DNA from: Promethearchaeota archaeon
GTDB lineage: Archaea; Asgardarchaeota; Lokiarchaeia; Sigyniarchaeales; SOKP01
Length of the DNA: 64,000 nt
NCBI GenBank assembly: GCA_016926735.1
Contig: JAFGOA010000187.1
Coordinates: 22,920-86,919 of the forward strand
Direction: 5' to 3'
The position numbers were made by a program, and so were the translations under genes. The notes beneath the pieces were generated by a model that was given only the letters and a program-made list of their open reading frames with translations, ran no database searches and was not told where the DNA came from. This document shows, piece by piece, positions 1-10,588 of the stretch. Position 1 is the stretch's first letter, and every line of letters starts with the position of its first letter.

Positions 1-15
1 TTATAAAATTTAACC

Positions 16-414
16 TCAGGATTTGAGATTGTTTTTTTTTAACGAATCTTGAATATCCACTTTAAAATCAGAAAAGGTTGAGACATCCCCATACCAACAA
101 TCTAAAATATCATTGTATTTATCGAAGAATTTTCTGGATATTTTATAAAGTTCATCGAAAATCTTCTTTTCACTTGTCTTTATAGAAGTATTAGCTACAA
201 ATAAGAAGTTTTTTCGTTTAATTATTCCACATCTTTTTTTTGATAATTCAAAACTTGAAAGACCTTCGTTTGCTAATATTTCTGCAAATGTGTTAAGAGC
301 ACTCATCAATCCTCCAAAAAGTTGAGAATCAAATTCTTTTTGAAAAGTCCTATTAAATAAGACAATACCAGAAGTTGATTCTAATATCCAAAGATCTTGA
401 AGAATTTTAGCCAA
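16..414 (-). CDS. Longin-like domain protein (Asgard eukaryotic-signature type)
   Basis: 132 aa; N-terminal 'LWIL..SGIVLF', 'LFGGLMSALNTFA' helix and 'F.DF' tail are typical of Asgard stand-alone longin-like proteins. Confidence 0.65.
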   Translation of the reverse strand: MAKILQDLWILESTSGIVLFNRTFQKEFDSQLFGGLMSALNTFAEILANEGLSSFELSKKRCGIIKRKNFLFVANTSIKTSEKKIFDELYKISRKFFDKYNDILDCWYGDVSTFSDFKVDIQDSLKKNNLKS

Positions 415-774
415 CTTGATTTCCTTTAACCGATTTCTTTTTTTAGATCTAATAAATTAGAAATTTAAAAAATTATACAATTTATTTATTTTTAATTCTT
501 AAAAAAATTTTAAGGAAAAATAAGCATACATAATTAGATATTTAGGTTATGATAAAAATAAGAATAAATAATTCATTTTAAAGAAAAATCTTAGAATTAG
601 AAATATCTCTTAATTATTTTAAAAATTTATAAATATTTTCTAAAATTAGTTAAATTCAGATATATTATATATTCTTGCGATTCTAAAATTCAATTAATTT
701 TTTAGAAAAACTTTATATATTGTCCTTAATTTTTACCTAAATAATTTACATCAATAATAAGGTATCCTCTCAAA

Positions 775-1245
775 ATGAAGGATATAATAATCATAAAACA
801 ACCTTGTTGTAAAGAAGAATTTGATGAGATGTATAATTTAAGATGGAGTCTTCTTTATCATCCTTGGAATCAGCCAAAAGGTTCTGAGAAAGAGTGTGAT
901 AAATTTTTTTTCAATGAACGAGTTTTCCAATTCATTACTATTCTTAAAGAGAAAATTATTGGCACCGCACAATTCCATATCAATAATGAATATGAAGGAC
1001 AAATTGAATACTTAGCTGTTCATGATGATTATCAATGTCAAGGAATAGGAAAAAAACTAATTGAACATATAGAGTGGTTTGCTAAAGGATTGGGAATTCC
1101 TTATATATCTTTAAATGTTATAAAGAAATCAAAACATCTCTTTGAGAAATTGGATTATCATATTATTGGGGAAGGTCCATTATTATTTAATGAAAAAAAA
1201 CAATATAAAATGGGTAAAAATATCATACCAATCCTTATTTGTTAA
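775..1245 (+). CDS. GNAT family N-acetyltransferase
   Basis: LAVHDDYQCQGIGKKL acetyl-CoA-binding motif A. Confidence 0.85.
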   Translation: MKDIIIIKQPCCKEEFDEMYNLRWSLLYHPWNQPKGSEKECDKFFFNERVFQFITILKEKIIGTAQFHINNEYEGQIEYLAVHDDYQCQGIGKKLIEHIEWFAKGLGIPYISLNVIKKSKHLFEKLDYHIIGEGPLLFNEKKQYKMGKNIIPILIC

Positions 1246-1328
1246 AATTAATAGATAGATTATAACCTTTTGAATACCTTATTAAAATAAGAATAATCTA
1301 TTTTGAAAAATTATAAATTATATAAAAA

Positions 1329-1976
1329 ATGAAAAGGGAAACAGATCTCCGTTTTGAAGTGATTAGCGTTGCAAAAACCATCTTCAAGAAAGGATTAGTT
1401 GATAATTGGGAAGGAAATGTGAGTATTAGAAGTGATTTAAAACAAGAATTCTATATAACACCAACTTTAAATAATTATCTCGATTTAACCGAAGAAAAAG
1501 TTGTACATATGGATTTTAATGGAAAAATTCTTAGTAATGGAACAAAACCTTCTACAGAAGCAAAAATGCATTCATTACTATATAGCAATAGAAAAAAGGT
1601 CCGCTGTATTATTCATACTCATTCTTTATATGCTACAATTCTATCAATTAATCATACAAATATACCAATTATTATGGAAGAGCAAGTTATTTTGTTAGGG
1701 GGGTCTATTGAAATTTCTGAATATAAAGTAGCTCATACGGAAGAAATTGGGAGGGCTGCTCTAATTGCCTTAAATAATAAAAATGCTGCTTTATTAGCTA
1801 ATCATGGTGCAATTATTTGCGGAAAAACAGTTGAACATGCTATTAAATTTGCAGAATTTCTAGAAAAACTATCAAAAATATATTGGGGAGCATTACAAAT
1901 TGGAAATCCACAAATTCTTTCAGATAAAGATTATGGGGGCTTTCTTGGAGATTTCGAAAATATGTTTTCATGTTGA
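1329..1976 (+). CDS. Class II aldolase/adducin family (L-fuculose-phosphate aldolase-like)
   Basis: GNVS, PSTE..MH, HTHS and LANHG motifs. Confidence 0.9.
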   Translation: MKRETDLRFEVISVAKTIFKKGLVDNWEGNVSIRSDLKQEFYITPTLNNYLDLTEEKVVHMDFNGKILSNGTKPSTEAKMHSLLYSNRKKVRCIIHTHSLYATILSINHTNIPIIMEEQVILLGGSIEISEYKVAHTEEIGRAALIALNNKNAALLANHGAIICGKTVEHAIKFAEFLEKLSKIYWGALQIGNPQILSDKDYGGFLGDFENMFSC

Positions 1977-2076
1977 GATAAAATTAAGATATATAATATA
2001 TAATTATTCTCTCCAGAGCTTTTATTTATTATTTTGAAAATATAATAAAAATTTAGTTAATAAAAAGTTGATATGA

Positions 2077-2907
2077 TTGAAATTAGGTATAAGTTCACTT
2101 GGTTATATTATTAATTGTGGAAATAACAATTCTTATCCTTCATTAATAGAATTAGTTTTAGATTCAACTCAAAAATGTTTGATTGATGCTGAGAAGTATG
2201 ATTTAGATGTATGTGAAATTGTGTTTGAGCCCTCAATAATGTTATCAGGAGAAAATAAGCTTTCTCTTGTTGATTTATGCAATTCTTTCTCGATTGAAAA
2301 ACAGATTCATGCTCCTTTTATAGATGTATCCTTATGTTCTTTAAACTCGGAAATAAATAATGCTTCTTTAAAACTTTATATAGAATCGGGAAGAATAGCT
2401 AAAGAGATTAGATCAAAAATAATTACAATTCATCCAGGATTTGGAAATATCCTAATTAAATCCCTTCGTAAAAATAATATTGAAATTTTGGATAAAAATA
2501 TAAAATTTCTTTTAGAATCAACAGAAAAAATGGATTTAACATATTGCTTGGAGAATATGCCTAAAATGTTACATATTTTTTTAGATGTAGATGAAATAGA
2601 AAGGTTCTTCTTTATTAATAACAATAATAATCTCTATATGACTTATGATACCTCTCACTTCTGGACTTGTCATGGCGATATCTCCAAATTATGGAAAAAA
2701 CTCTCTAAAAAAATAAAAAATATTCATCTAGTTGATAATTTTGAAAGAGATAGTGATCCTCACCCAGGATTAGGAAATGGTAAAATCAACTTTAATGAAA
2801 TTTTTCAATTAATTAAAGAATATCAATATAACGATTCTTTAATAATAGAATTATCCAATTCGGACGATATTCCAAAAAGTATTGAATATATCAGACAATA
2901 TTTTTAG
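2077..2907 (+). CDS. Sugar phosphate isomerase/epimerase (AP endonuclease 2 TIM barrel)
   Basis: HAPF.D, HPG, LENM, DTSH, IHLVDN, H...G.G.I.F and IIE metal ligands; TTG start. Confidence 0.85.
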   Translation: MKLGISSLGYIINCGNNNSYPSLIELVLDSTQKCLIDAEKYDLDVCEIVFEPSIMLSGENKLSLVDLCNSFSIEKQIHAPFIDVSLCSLNSEINNASLKLYIESGRIAKEIRSKIITIHPGFGNILIKSLRKNNIEILDKNIKFLLESTEKMDLTYCLENMPKMLHIFLDVDEIERFFFINNNNNLYMTYDTSHFWTCHGDISKLWKKLSKKIKNIHLVDNFERDSDPHPGLGNGKINFNEIFQLIKEYQYNDSLIIELSNSDDIPKSIEYIRQYF

Positions 2908-2970
2908 ATTTTTTGTTCAAATCTTTAAAAAAAAAAAGTTTTATATTTATTTCGGTTTTATTATAACATA

Positions 2971-3366
2971 ATGTCACCTATTATATCGCTTCAAATTTCT
3001 AATGAATTACTCGAGAAATTTGAAAATATCCGAAAAATAAGTGGGTTTGATTCAAAAAGTCAAGCTTTAAGAGAATCTATAGTTAATTTTATAGAGAATT
3101 ATGAAAAATATGAAAATTTAGAAGATTATAAAATAATAACTATAACATTAACTTATCCTTTTCGAGAGATAATAATAAATGAAATAACAGAAATCTTTTC
3201 TCAATTTAGTAATATTATTAAAACCGCTACAGATTGGAGAATTGCTGATAAAAAAATAGAAATCATTGTTGTTGTTAGTAAACTAAGTTTGATAAAGGAA
3301 TTGAAAAATAAATTATCAAATATCAAAGATGTTCTTTGTTCAATGCATAAAGTTATAATTGATTAG
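2971..3366 (+). CDS. CopG/NikR-like ribbon-helix-helix regulator
   Basis: N-terminal 'ISLQIS.ELL..F......G..SKS.ALRE.I' RHH plus ACT-like C-terminus; the NikR His ligands are not evident. Confidence 0.7.
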   Translation: MSPIISLQISNELLEKFENIRKISGFDSKSQALRESIVNFIENYEKYENLEDYKIITITLTYPFREIIINEITEIFSQFSNIIKTATDWRIADKKIEIIVVVSKLSLIKELKNKLSNIKDVLCSMHKVIID

Positions 3367-3378
3367 TTAATCATTTTT

Positions 3379-4263
3379 TCATTCAAAACGAAGAGAAAGA
3401 TCTACTTTCATTGCAGGAAATGATGTTAAGTCTCCTATACTAATTATATCTGGTTCTGAATCCAAATAATCTGAAATATTATCAAGAGTTATACCGCCAG
3501 ATACTTCTACCAGAATATTTTTATTTTTCCTTAGATTTGATTGGTTTAGCAAATAAATTGCTTTTTTAACATTTTCAGGGCTCATGTTGTCACACATAAT
3601 TATATCTGCTCCATTTTTAGCAGCCACAAGAATATCCTCAACCTTTTCTATTTCTATTTCAATTTTTTTTGAATAACTTACTTTATTTCTAATTTTTTTC
3701 AGTAGATTTTCAATATTACCCATATAATATCTCAAATGTGTGTCTTTTAGAAGAACCATATCATCTAAAGAAAATCTATGAGTATCTCCTCCTCCTAAAT
3801 AAACTGCTTTTTTTTGGAAAATTCTGAGTCCTGGAAGAGTTTTTCTTGTACAAGAGAGTATTATCTTTTTTCCTGAGTTACGAATAATATTTATAAATTC
3901 TTTTGTTGTTGTGGTAATAGAACTCATATTTATAAGTAGATTAAGTGCAATTCTTTCACATAATAAAATATTTCGCGTATTCCCTTTTAATTTTAAAATA
4001 TTATCCCCCGATTTAATTGCTTCTCCATCTTTTTTAGAAAGAAATACCTGTATATCCAATAAACCAAATAAAATTTTAATTTCTTCTAATCCAGCAATGT
4101 AACCATTACTTTTAGAAATAATATTTGCAGATGTTACAGAATCTTCTGGAATGATTTCAGAACTTACATCATTAAAATAACAATCTTCTTTTAGAAATGC
4201 TTTAAATAATTCTTCTACTCGAATTTTATTTAAATTCATAATTCTGTAAAGTGATTTTTTCAA
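3379..4263 (-). CDS. nadC: Nicotinate-nucleotide pyrophosphorylase (carboxylating)
   Basis: ER.ALN, TRKTLPGLR, HRF.LDD.VLLKD.H, EIE, DNM and SGGIT motifs. Confidence 0.95.
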   Translation of the reverse strand: MKKSLYRIMNLNKIRVEELFKAFLKEDCYFNDVSSEIIPEDSVTSANIISKSNGYIAGLEEIKILFGLLDIQVFLSKKDGEAIKSGDNILKLKGNTRNILLCERIALNLLINMSSITTTTKEFINIIRNSGKKIILSCTRKTLPGLRIFQKKAVYLGGGDTHRFSLDDMVLLKDTHLRYYMGNIENLLKKIRNKVSYSKKIEIEIEKVEDILVAAKNGADIIMCDNMSPENVKKAIYLLNQSNLRKNKNILVEVSGGITLDNISDYLDSEPDIISIGDLTSFPAMKVDLSLRFE

Positions 4264-4360
4264 ATTAATTCTTTGCTATAAGAATTTAAAAATTCAGAAT
4301 TTAGAATGATTAATTTCTAACTTTATTTATTTATTATTAAAATTAAGAAAAGGAATGAAA

Positions 4361-4759
4361 TTAAATAGAAATAATTTTGATAAGATCTTCTTTACAATTC
4401 TTAATCGCCCAATCAAGTAATTGATCATAATAATGTTCAACATCATCAGAATCAGGAACTTTTGTTAAAATTGCTAAACAAAAGCTTGTGTCTCCTTCTG
4501 GAATAATTATATTTCTCATTATTATGAGATCCTCTCGAAATTTTATTTTGACTGTATCTAGTGTAGATAAATTCAACTCTTCCCTTGCTTTATCAGCAGC
4601 ATCGCTTAATAAAGAACTCATAGCAGCAATAGCTTTTTCATCTGTGTCATCAACTTTCTGTGATGCTAACACTAATCCTGTAGCAGTTGAAAATAAAGAA
4701 GCTTTAAAATTTCCATTTTCATTTAGTTCTTTAAGAACTAATTCTAATCTTGATACCAT
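4361..4759 (-). CDS. Roadblock/LC7 domain protein
   Basis: 'S.ATGLVLAS ... AIAAMSSLL..A.KA..EL' roadblock pattern, 132 aa. Confidence 0.8.
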   Translation of the reverse strand: MVSRLELVLKELNENGNFKASLFSTATGLVLASQKVDDTDEKAIAAMSSLLSDAADKAREELNLSTLDTVKIKFREDLIIMRNIIIPEGDTSFCLAILTKVPDSDDVEHYYDQLLDWAIKNCKEDLIKIISI

Positions 4760-4853
4760 AAATATTCACCTATTTTGAAAAATATTATAGATAGTTATCT
4801 CGCATATTTTCTTAGTATTTATAATATATTTTAGATATTTAATTTTAACTTAT

Positions 4854-5384
4854 TTATTTTGAATGGAATTTAAGATTTATAATAAAACTTGAAACAATAC
4901 CCCTTTCGATATTTAGGATCATTACACTCGGTCTTGCAATAGGATTATCAAAACCTTTAATTTGATCTGGAGCTTTAGGTTTTGTAGGTGAACCTGGATT
5001 TAATAATAATGTATTAAAAACTGTTCCTTTGATTAATGGTTTATGTGTATGGCCAAAGACTAGTATTCCACCAATCAAATTCTTTTTTTTACAAAAAGCC
5101 TCTAGATTTTCTGGTAACTTATGAGTAATTCCAATAGTATATTGATCTACTTTTATTTCATTATAATCTTTTTTTTTTTCTAATTTATCATCATCTCCTG
5201 ATACATAAATGGTTGGTGCTATCTTAATTAATTCTTTTAATAAATATTCATTATTAATATCTCCAGCATGTATTATTGTATCAACATCTTTAAAGATTTG
5301 TTGTAATTCATTTAATAATTCGTTAATTTCTTTTTTTTCGAGACTATCAATATGAGTATCAGAAATTAATCCTATTTTTACGAT
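4854..5384 (-). CDS. YfcE/MJ0936-family metallophosphoesterase; probable non-canonical ATC start
   Basis: Frame of the 74-aa track ORF is open upstream and encodes VKIGLISDTH...HAGD...GHTH...NPGS; no ATG/GTG/TTG near the family N-terminus; ATC at 5384-5382 lies 7 nt after GGGTG. Confidence 0.85.
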   Translation of the reverse strand: MVKIGLISDTHIDSLEKKEINELLNELQQIFKDVDTIIHAGDINNEYLLKELIKIAPTIYVSGDDDKLEKKKDYNEIKVDQYTIGITHKLPENLEAFCKKKNLIGGILVFGHTHKPLIKGTVFNTLLLNPGSPTKPKAPDQIKGFDNPIARPSVMILNIERGIVSSFIINLKFHSK

Positions 5385-5397
5385 GATGATACACCCT

Positions 5398-6429
5398 TCA
5401 AATAGCGATAATTCCTATAATAAATATCATTATAGCTAAAATGAAATCCAAGAATATTCTTAACCACTTATCTTTATTAGATTCTTTTATTTTCTTATCG
5501 TTTCTAAAATACGTCCCAAAAAATTTTATTCCTGTTTTAATACTTGCTTTAATTCGAGGATATTGCCAAAAGAATAATATAGTACTAATTATTAATAAAG
5601 GACAATAGATATAAAGAGCTATATTTATAAAATCATTTGGATAGTTCCATATTGTATGTGAAGATATAATATTATTAAGAGCATGAGCAAATATTAAAGG
5701 GAATAACCATTTTTTCCTTAATAAAAAGATTCCAAATATAATTCCTACAATAAAAGTTTGCAAAAACCAGAGAATAGGGATCCAAGATATAATTCTGAAC
5801 ATATAAGTAAAATGACCGAAACCAAAATATAATGAAGAAATCATGACCGCAGACATTTTATGAAAGTAATCATTACCTCTTTTTACCAGTAAACCTCTTG
5901 CAATCGTTTCTTCATATAAAGCAACAGATATATGTATTATTATCGTTGAAATTAAAAATATTAAATAATCCGAATTGATTAAATAAGCACTTAATTCCGA
6001 ATTAGATTGCAGAACATTAGCACTATATTCAATTGTCTCTGGAAATAATCCATAGAATAAAAAATCAAAGGGAATAAAAACAAGAAATAGTATCAATATT
6101 CCATATAATAATTGATATTTTGCATTTTTTTTTCCTATAGAATATAGTTTTAACTGACTTATTGCTGGATTTTTTTCTTCTTGGGATCTCCAATTAAAGA
6201 TTTGATCTGTCAATAGAAGAAATAGAGGGATTATTATTATACTACCTAGGGCTCTTAATAAAAAGAAAAGTGGTGCATAATACTCAGATGTTGTTTCAAT
6301 TAAATTTGGTAATAATAATTGTGGTATAAAATTGAAAATTAACAATCCTATAAAGATAATTATTATTTCTACGAGGAACCTTCCTCTTTGGGTCATAATA
6401 GTTTCTGAAGCAGTAGGTTGAGAAAACAA
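5398..6429 (-). CDS. CPBP/Abi (CAAX protease-like) intramembrane metalloprotease
   Basis: EE...RG, FG.GH and H..NN motifs in a multi-TM protein. Confidence 0.9.
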   Translation of the reverse strand: MFSQPTASETIMTQRGRFLVEIIIIFIGLLIFNFIPQLLLPNLIETTSEYYAPLFFLLRALGSIIIIPLFLLLTDQIFNWRSQEEKNPAISQLKLYSIGKKNAKYQLLYGILILFLVFIPFDFLFYGLFPETIEYSANVLQSNSELSAYLINSDYLIFLISTIIIHISVALYEETIARGLLVKRGNDYFHKMSAVMISSLYFGFGHFTYMFRIISWIPILWFLQTFIVGIIFGIFLLRKKWLFPLIFAHALNNIISSHTIWNYPNDFINIALYIYCPLLIISTILFFWQYPRIKASIKTGIKFFGTYFRNDKKIKESNKDKWLRIFLDFILAIMIFIIGIIAI

Positions 6430-6483
6430 ATTATTTTTCCTTTAAATTTATAATAATTTAAAGTTTATTACAATTTAAAGATT

Positions 6484-7455
6484 TTAAACTTTTTTATTTT
6501 TATTTCTTAAATAATGGGCAATATCTTCTTTTATAGGAATTCCCTTTCTGGCTCCTAATTCTTGAATACATTTTCCAGCAATATAATTTCCTAATCTAAC
6601 ATTATTTACAAGATTATCAAATTCGAAGCTTAAATTTTGAAAAAAGCCATAAATAAAACCAGCAGAAAAAGCATCTCCTGCACCAGTTGTATCTTTAACA
6701 TTTTCGATTATGTTCGATTCTACTAAAGAGGATTTATTTTTTGACACTAATAAAGCACCCTTCTTACCTAAAGTGATAATAATAGTTTTAAGACCAAGTT
6801 CCCAGAATTTTTCATTTTTTTCAATCAAATAATTTGTATTGTTAGGGATATTTTTAATATGTATTAATTTACAATATTCTTTTTCTGATAAAATTAAAAT
6901 ATCAATTTTTTCAAGTAAGAGTTCGATATTATCGAATCCTTGATCTATTATCAACATACCGGGGTTTAAAATTACAGGAATCTTATTTTTCTTTCCTATT
7001 TTCCCTGCTTTAATAAAAGGTTTTAAATTTTTAAGACTACTTAAAAAAAGAACCTTTGATTTAATTAACTCATTTTCAATAATATCTTCTTCTGATAAAT
7101 AATTAGCAGCACCACTATAAGCATAAATTCTTCTGTCTGCATTCTTATCTAGAGCAATATATGTTGAACCTGTTTGATAATCATTTGAATATTTAATTAA
7201 GTCTGTATTTACACTATTATTTTTAAAATCACTGAGAATCTTATTTCTATATTCATCATCAAATCCTAGTTTTCCAATAAAAGAGGTATTTAAACCTAAT
7301 TTACTACATGCTACAGCAGTATTTGCAGCAGCTCCTCCAAATAACATTAGTAATTTGGAAACAAATACTTCATCATCTTCTAAAGGATGTCTATCTACTT
7401 GTGCTACTATATCAATTAATGCGGCACCAATACATATAACATCAAAATTATTCAT
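6484..7455 (-). CDS. PfkB/ribokinase-family carbohydrate kinase
   Basis: GGAAAN.A and DTTGAGDAF signatures. Confidence 0.92.
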   Translation of the reverse strand: MNNFDVICIGAALIDIVAQVDRHPLEDDEVFVSKLLMLFGGAAANTAVACSKLGLNTSFIGKLGFDDEYRNKILSDFKNNSVNTDLIKYSNDYQTGSTYIALDKNADRRIYAYSGAANYLSEEDIIENELIKSKVLFLSSLKNLKPFIKAGKIGKKNKIPVILNPGMLIIDQGFDNIELLLEKIDILILSEKEYCKLIHIKNIPNNTNYLIEKNEKFWELGLKTIIITLGKKGALLVSKNKSSLVESNIIENVKDTTGAGDAFSAGFIYGFFQNLSFEFDNLVNNVRLGNYIAGKCIQELGARKGIPIKEDIAHYLRNKNKKV

Positions 7456-7468
7456 ATTCTAAAAACCA

Positions 7469-8653
7469 TTAAATATATGTGAATTTTCCAAATTCTGACT
7501 GAATTTCTAAAGTATTTTTATTTTTCAATGGAGATTTCTCACAAAAACCAATAATTTTAGCTTCAATATCAAATTTACTTGCAATATTTATTATATCTTT
7601 AGAAATTGATCGATCGCAATATAATTCCATTCGATTTCCCATATTAAAAACCCTATACATTTCCTCCCAAACAGCTTTAGAAGATTCTTGAATAATTTTA
7701 AAGATTTTTGGAATTGGAAACAAATCATTTTTTATAAATTTTATATTTTTTCCAAAATTCAAGCATTTTGTCTGACCTCCTCCTGTATTATGTATGATGG
7801 CATTTATTTTTGATCTATATTTTTTTAGGATTTTTAGTAAAACAGGAGCATAAGTTCTTGTGGGAGATAGTAACGCTTTTCCTATGGTTGTATTTTTTTC
7901 ATCAATAATATCTGATAATTTATAATTTCCATAGAAAACAAAACTTTCCTGCAACTTGTTATCATAACATTCTGGATATTTATCGAAATATTGATGAGAG
8001 AGTACACCATGTCTTGCTAAAGTAAGACCATTGCTCCCAATTCCACTATTATATTCTTTTTCATAACTGGCTTTTCCAGTACTAGATAACCCGATAATAA
8101 CATCTTTTTCAGATATATTATCAGCATTTATAACCTCATCTCTTCTCATTGTAGTGAATACAGAGGCGAATACTGAAAGTGTTTTTATTATATCTCCCAT
8201 ATCTTCTGTTTCACCTCCACTGGTTTTGATATTTAATCCGTATTTTGTTAGAAACTCACAATAAGATTCATATTCATCAATAATTTCATTTATTATAAAT
8301 CCATCTATATAATAAGCATTTCTTGCGATTGTATTTGAAAGAAAAATATTTTCTGTGCAACCCACACACATTATATCATCAATATTCATTACAATTGCAT
8401 CTCTAACTATACCTCTAAAGAGAGATAAATCTCCGGATTCTTTATAATACATATAGGCTAAGGTGGCTTTAGTACCTGCACCATCTTCATGAAATATTGA
8501 GCAATAGTCTTTTCTTCCTGCAACATCTTCAACAATTTTGCAAAATGCACCTGGAAAGAGACCTCTATCTCTATTCTCAATTGCTTTATGTACATCTTCT
8601 TTTGTTGAAGAAACACCTAATTTTGAATATATATCATTTTTATTTTCTCTCAT
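7469..8653 (-). CDS. purM: Phosphoribosylformylglycinamidine cyclo-ligase (AIR synthase)
   Basis: DGAGTK, MNIDD, GGET, SNGLTLARH, HNTGGG and VFNMG motifs; adjacent to purB. Confidence 0.9.
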   Translation of the reverse strand: MRENKNDIYSKLGVSSTKEDVHKAIENRDRGLFPGAFCKIVEDVAGRKDYCSIFHEDGAGTKATLAYMYYKESGDLSLFRGIVRDAIVMNIDDIMCVGCTENIFLSNTIARNAYYIDGFIINEIIDEYESYCEFLTKYGLNIKTSGGETEDMGDIIKTLSVFASVFTTMRRDEVINADNISEKDVIIGLSSTGKASYEKEYNSGIGSNGLTLARHGVLSHQYFDKYPECYDNKLQESFVFYGNYKLSDIIDEKNTTIGKALLSPTRTYAPVLLKILKKYRSKINAIIHNTGGGQTKCLNFGKNIKFIKNDLFPIPKIFKIIQESSKAVWEEMYRVFNMGNRMELYCDRSISKDIINIASKFDIEAKIIGFCEKSPLKNKNTLEIQSEFGKFTYI

Positions 8654-8662
8654 AGTAAGACA

Positions 8663-10024
8663 TTATTTTAGGTTATATTTTGATTTAAAATAAGTTACTA
8701 GGTTTTCTATTTGTTCAACTGCTTTACCTATATAATTATATGGATTAAATAACTCATTGATTTCTTCCTTTGTAAATTTGTGATTAATCTCATCGTTTTT
8801 TATGATTATATCTTTCATATAAAGGTTATCATCTCGAGCTTTAATTGCTGTTTGTCGTAATAATTCATGAGCTTCTTGTCGACCAATTCCTTTTTCAACT
8901 AGCTTAACCATAACTTTTTCCGCTAAACAAGCTCCTTTTGTTAAATTAAGATTTTTTTCAATATTTTCTTTATTAAACTCTAATCCTGTTAGATTTTGAA
9001 TAAGTTGCTGAATCATGAAATCTAAAAAAACAAAATTTTCAGAAAAAATAACCCTCTCCGAAGCAGAGTTGGTTAAATCTCTCTCATCTTCAAGAACAAT
9101 ATTATCCATTGCCACTATCACATTTGATTTGAGAATTCTTGATAAACTACAGATTCTTTCTGATTTATGAGGATTTCTTTTATGTGGCATAGTTGAGCTT
9201 CCTACTTGGTTCTTTTTAAAAGGTTCAAACATCTCAGCGATTTCATTTCGTTGTAGTATCCTATTTTCTTGAGCTATTTTAGCTAATGTTTGTCCTATAA
9301 GAGATGTGAGAAAGATAACTTCAGCATGACGATCTCTCTGAACAATTTGATTAGCTATAAGAACAGGATTAAGATCTAAATCTTTCATGACTTCATTTTG
9401 GATAATAATACCTTGATCTCCAAAACTTGCCATTGTACCGACTGCTCCAGACATTTTTCCATAAGATATTCTTTCTTTTATTTGATGCAGTCTCTCTATA
9501 TGACGATCAACTTCATATGCCCATACTCCAAATCGCATACCGAATGTTGTAGGAACTGCTTGTTGTCCATGAGTACGACCAATACAAACTAATTCTTTAT
9601 TTTTTTCCGATAAAACAACTAATTCTTTTAATAGATTTATTAGTGATTTTTCTATAAGCATTAAACCTTCTTTTAACTGTAAAGCTATAGCAGTATCCTC
9701 AATATCATAACTAGTTGCCCCTAAATGGATATATTTTCCAGCATCTCCTTCACATTGTTCTGCTAATCCTTTCACCATTGCCATTAAATCATGATGAATC
9801 TCTCTATCTATTTCATTTACTCTGTCAATTGATACGAATTTTAAATTAGCTTTTTTATTAATTTCTTCAGCAGCTTCTTTTGGGATATTACCTAATTTAG
9901 CGTGAATTTTAGCTAAGACTGCTTCTATTTTTAACCAATTCTCCAATTTTTTTTCTTCGGTAAAAATTTTAGACATTAAAGTGCGATATCTAGTTTCAAT
10001 TGGATGTATAAATTTATGACTCAT
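8663..10024 (-). CDS. purB: Adenylosuccinate lyase
   Basis: GSSTMPHKRNP signature, HLGATS.D, GRTHGQ. Confidence 0.96.
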   Translation of the reverse strand: MSHKFIHPIETRYRTLMSKIFTEEKKLENWLKIEAVLAKIHAKLGNIPKEAAEEINKKANLKFVSIDRVNEIDREIHHDLMAMVKGLAEQCEGDAGKYIHLGATSYDIEDTAIALQLKEGLMLIEKSLINLLKELVVLSEKNKELVCIGRTHGQQAVPTTFGMRFGVWAYEVDRHIERLHQIKERISYGKMSGAVGTMASFGDQGIIIQNEVMKDLDLNPVLIANQIVQRDRHAEVIFLTSLIGQTLAKIAQENRILQRNEIAEMFEPFKKNQVGSSTMPHKRNPHKSERICSLSRILKSNVIVAMDNIVLEDERDLTNSASERVIFSENFVFLDFMIQQLIQNLTGLEFNKENIEKNLNLTKGACLAEKVMVKLVEKGIGRQEAHELLRQTAIKARDDNLYMKDIIIKNDEINHKFTKEEINELFNPYNYIGKAVEQIENLVTYFKSKYNLK

Positions 10025-10241
10025 TTGTTTTCATTCTCTAATAATTAATCCAGAAAATATGAAAATTAAGAAATAAATAAATGATACCTATGCTCTTAAT
10101 CTCTAAGAAATTATAATGAATTGTTTTAAAATATATTTAATTATTATTATATAAACATTTTAAAAAATCAAATTATTTTTAAAAATTAGAAATCTATTGA
10201 CCTATACTTTTTTTTGAATAATAGTTAGTATTATTTATAGT

Positions 10242-10460
10242 ATGACTATTATCTTTTTTTATCGATGCATTCATTGTGGGGAATGGTATTATTGTACCAA
10301 ACAAATAAAAAGAAAAAAATGTTGGAAATGTAATCATTCTTTTGATTTTGCTCATTCATCTAAATTTAAAAAAAAGTGTTCCTTAAATGAGGCAATTATG
10401 ATCATTAAAGAACTTAAGAAGAGAAAGAAAAATGAGGGAATAATACACTTTTTAGAATAA
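10242..10460 (+). CDS. Small zinc-ribbon protein (DUF1922-like)
   Basis: C.HCG...KKC.KC, 72 aa. Confidence 0.65.
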   Translation: MTIIFFYRCIHCGEWYYCTKQIKRKKCWKCNHSFDFAHSSKFKKKCSLNEAIMIIKELKKRKKNEGIIHFLE

Positions 10461-10588
10461 TTTTGATAATGTAAGAAAGCTAATTTTATTTTATAAAAAA
10501 CAAAGTTATTTAAACTAAGGTTCTAAAAAATCTTTAAAGAGTAGATTAATTCCTCTTCATTTTTAAAAACATTATCTGAATATATAAT

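Noticed and set aside
1974-2003. Cys-TGA at the aldolase C-terminus as possible selenocysteine
   Set aside because: The protein is already full length and no SECIS-like element is seen nearby
4854-5384. Frameshift at the T-homopolymers of the phosphoesterase gene
   Set aside because: Codon-by-codon reading shows the frame is continuous; only a standard start codon is missing
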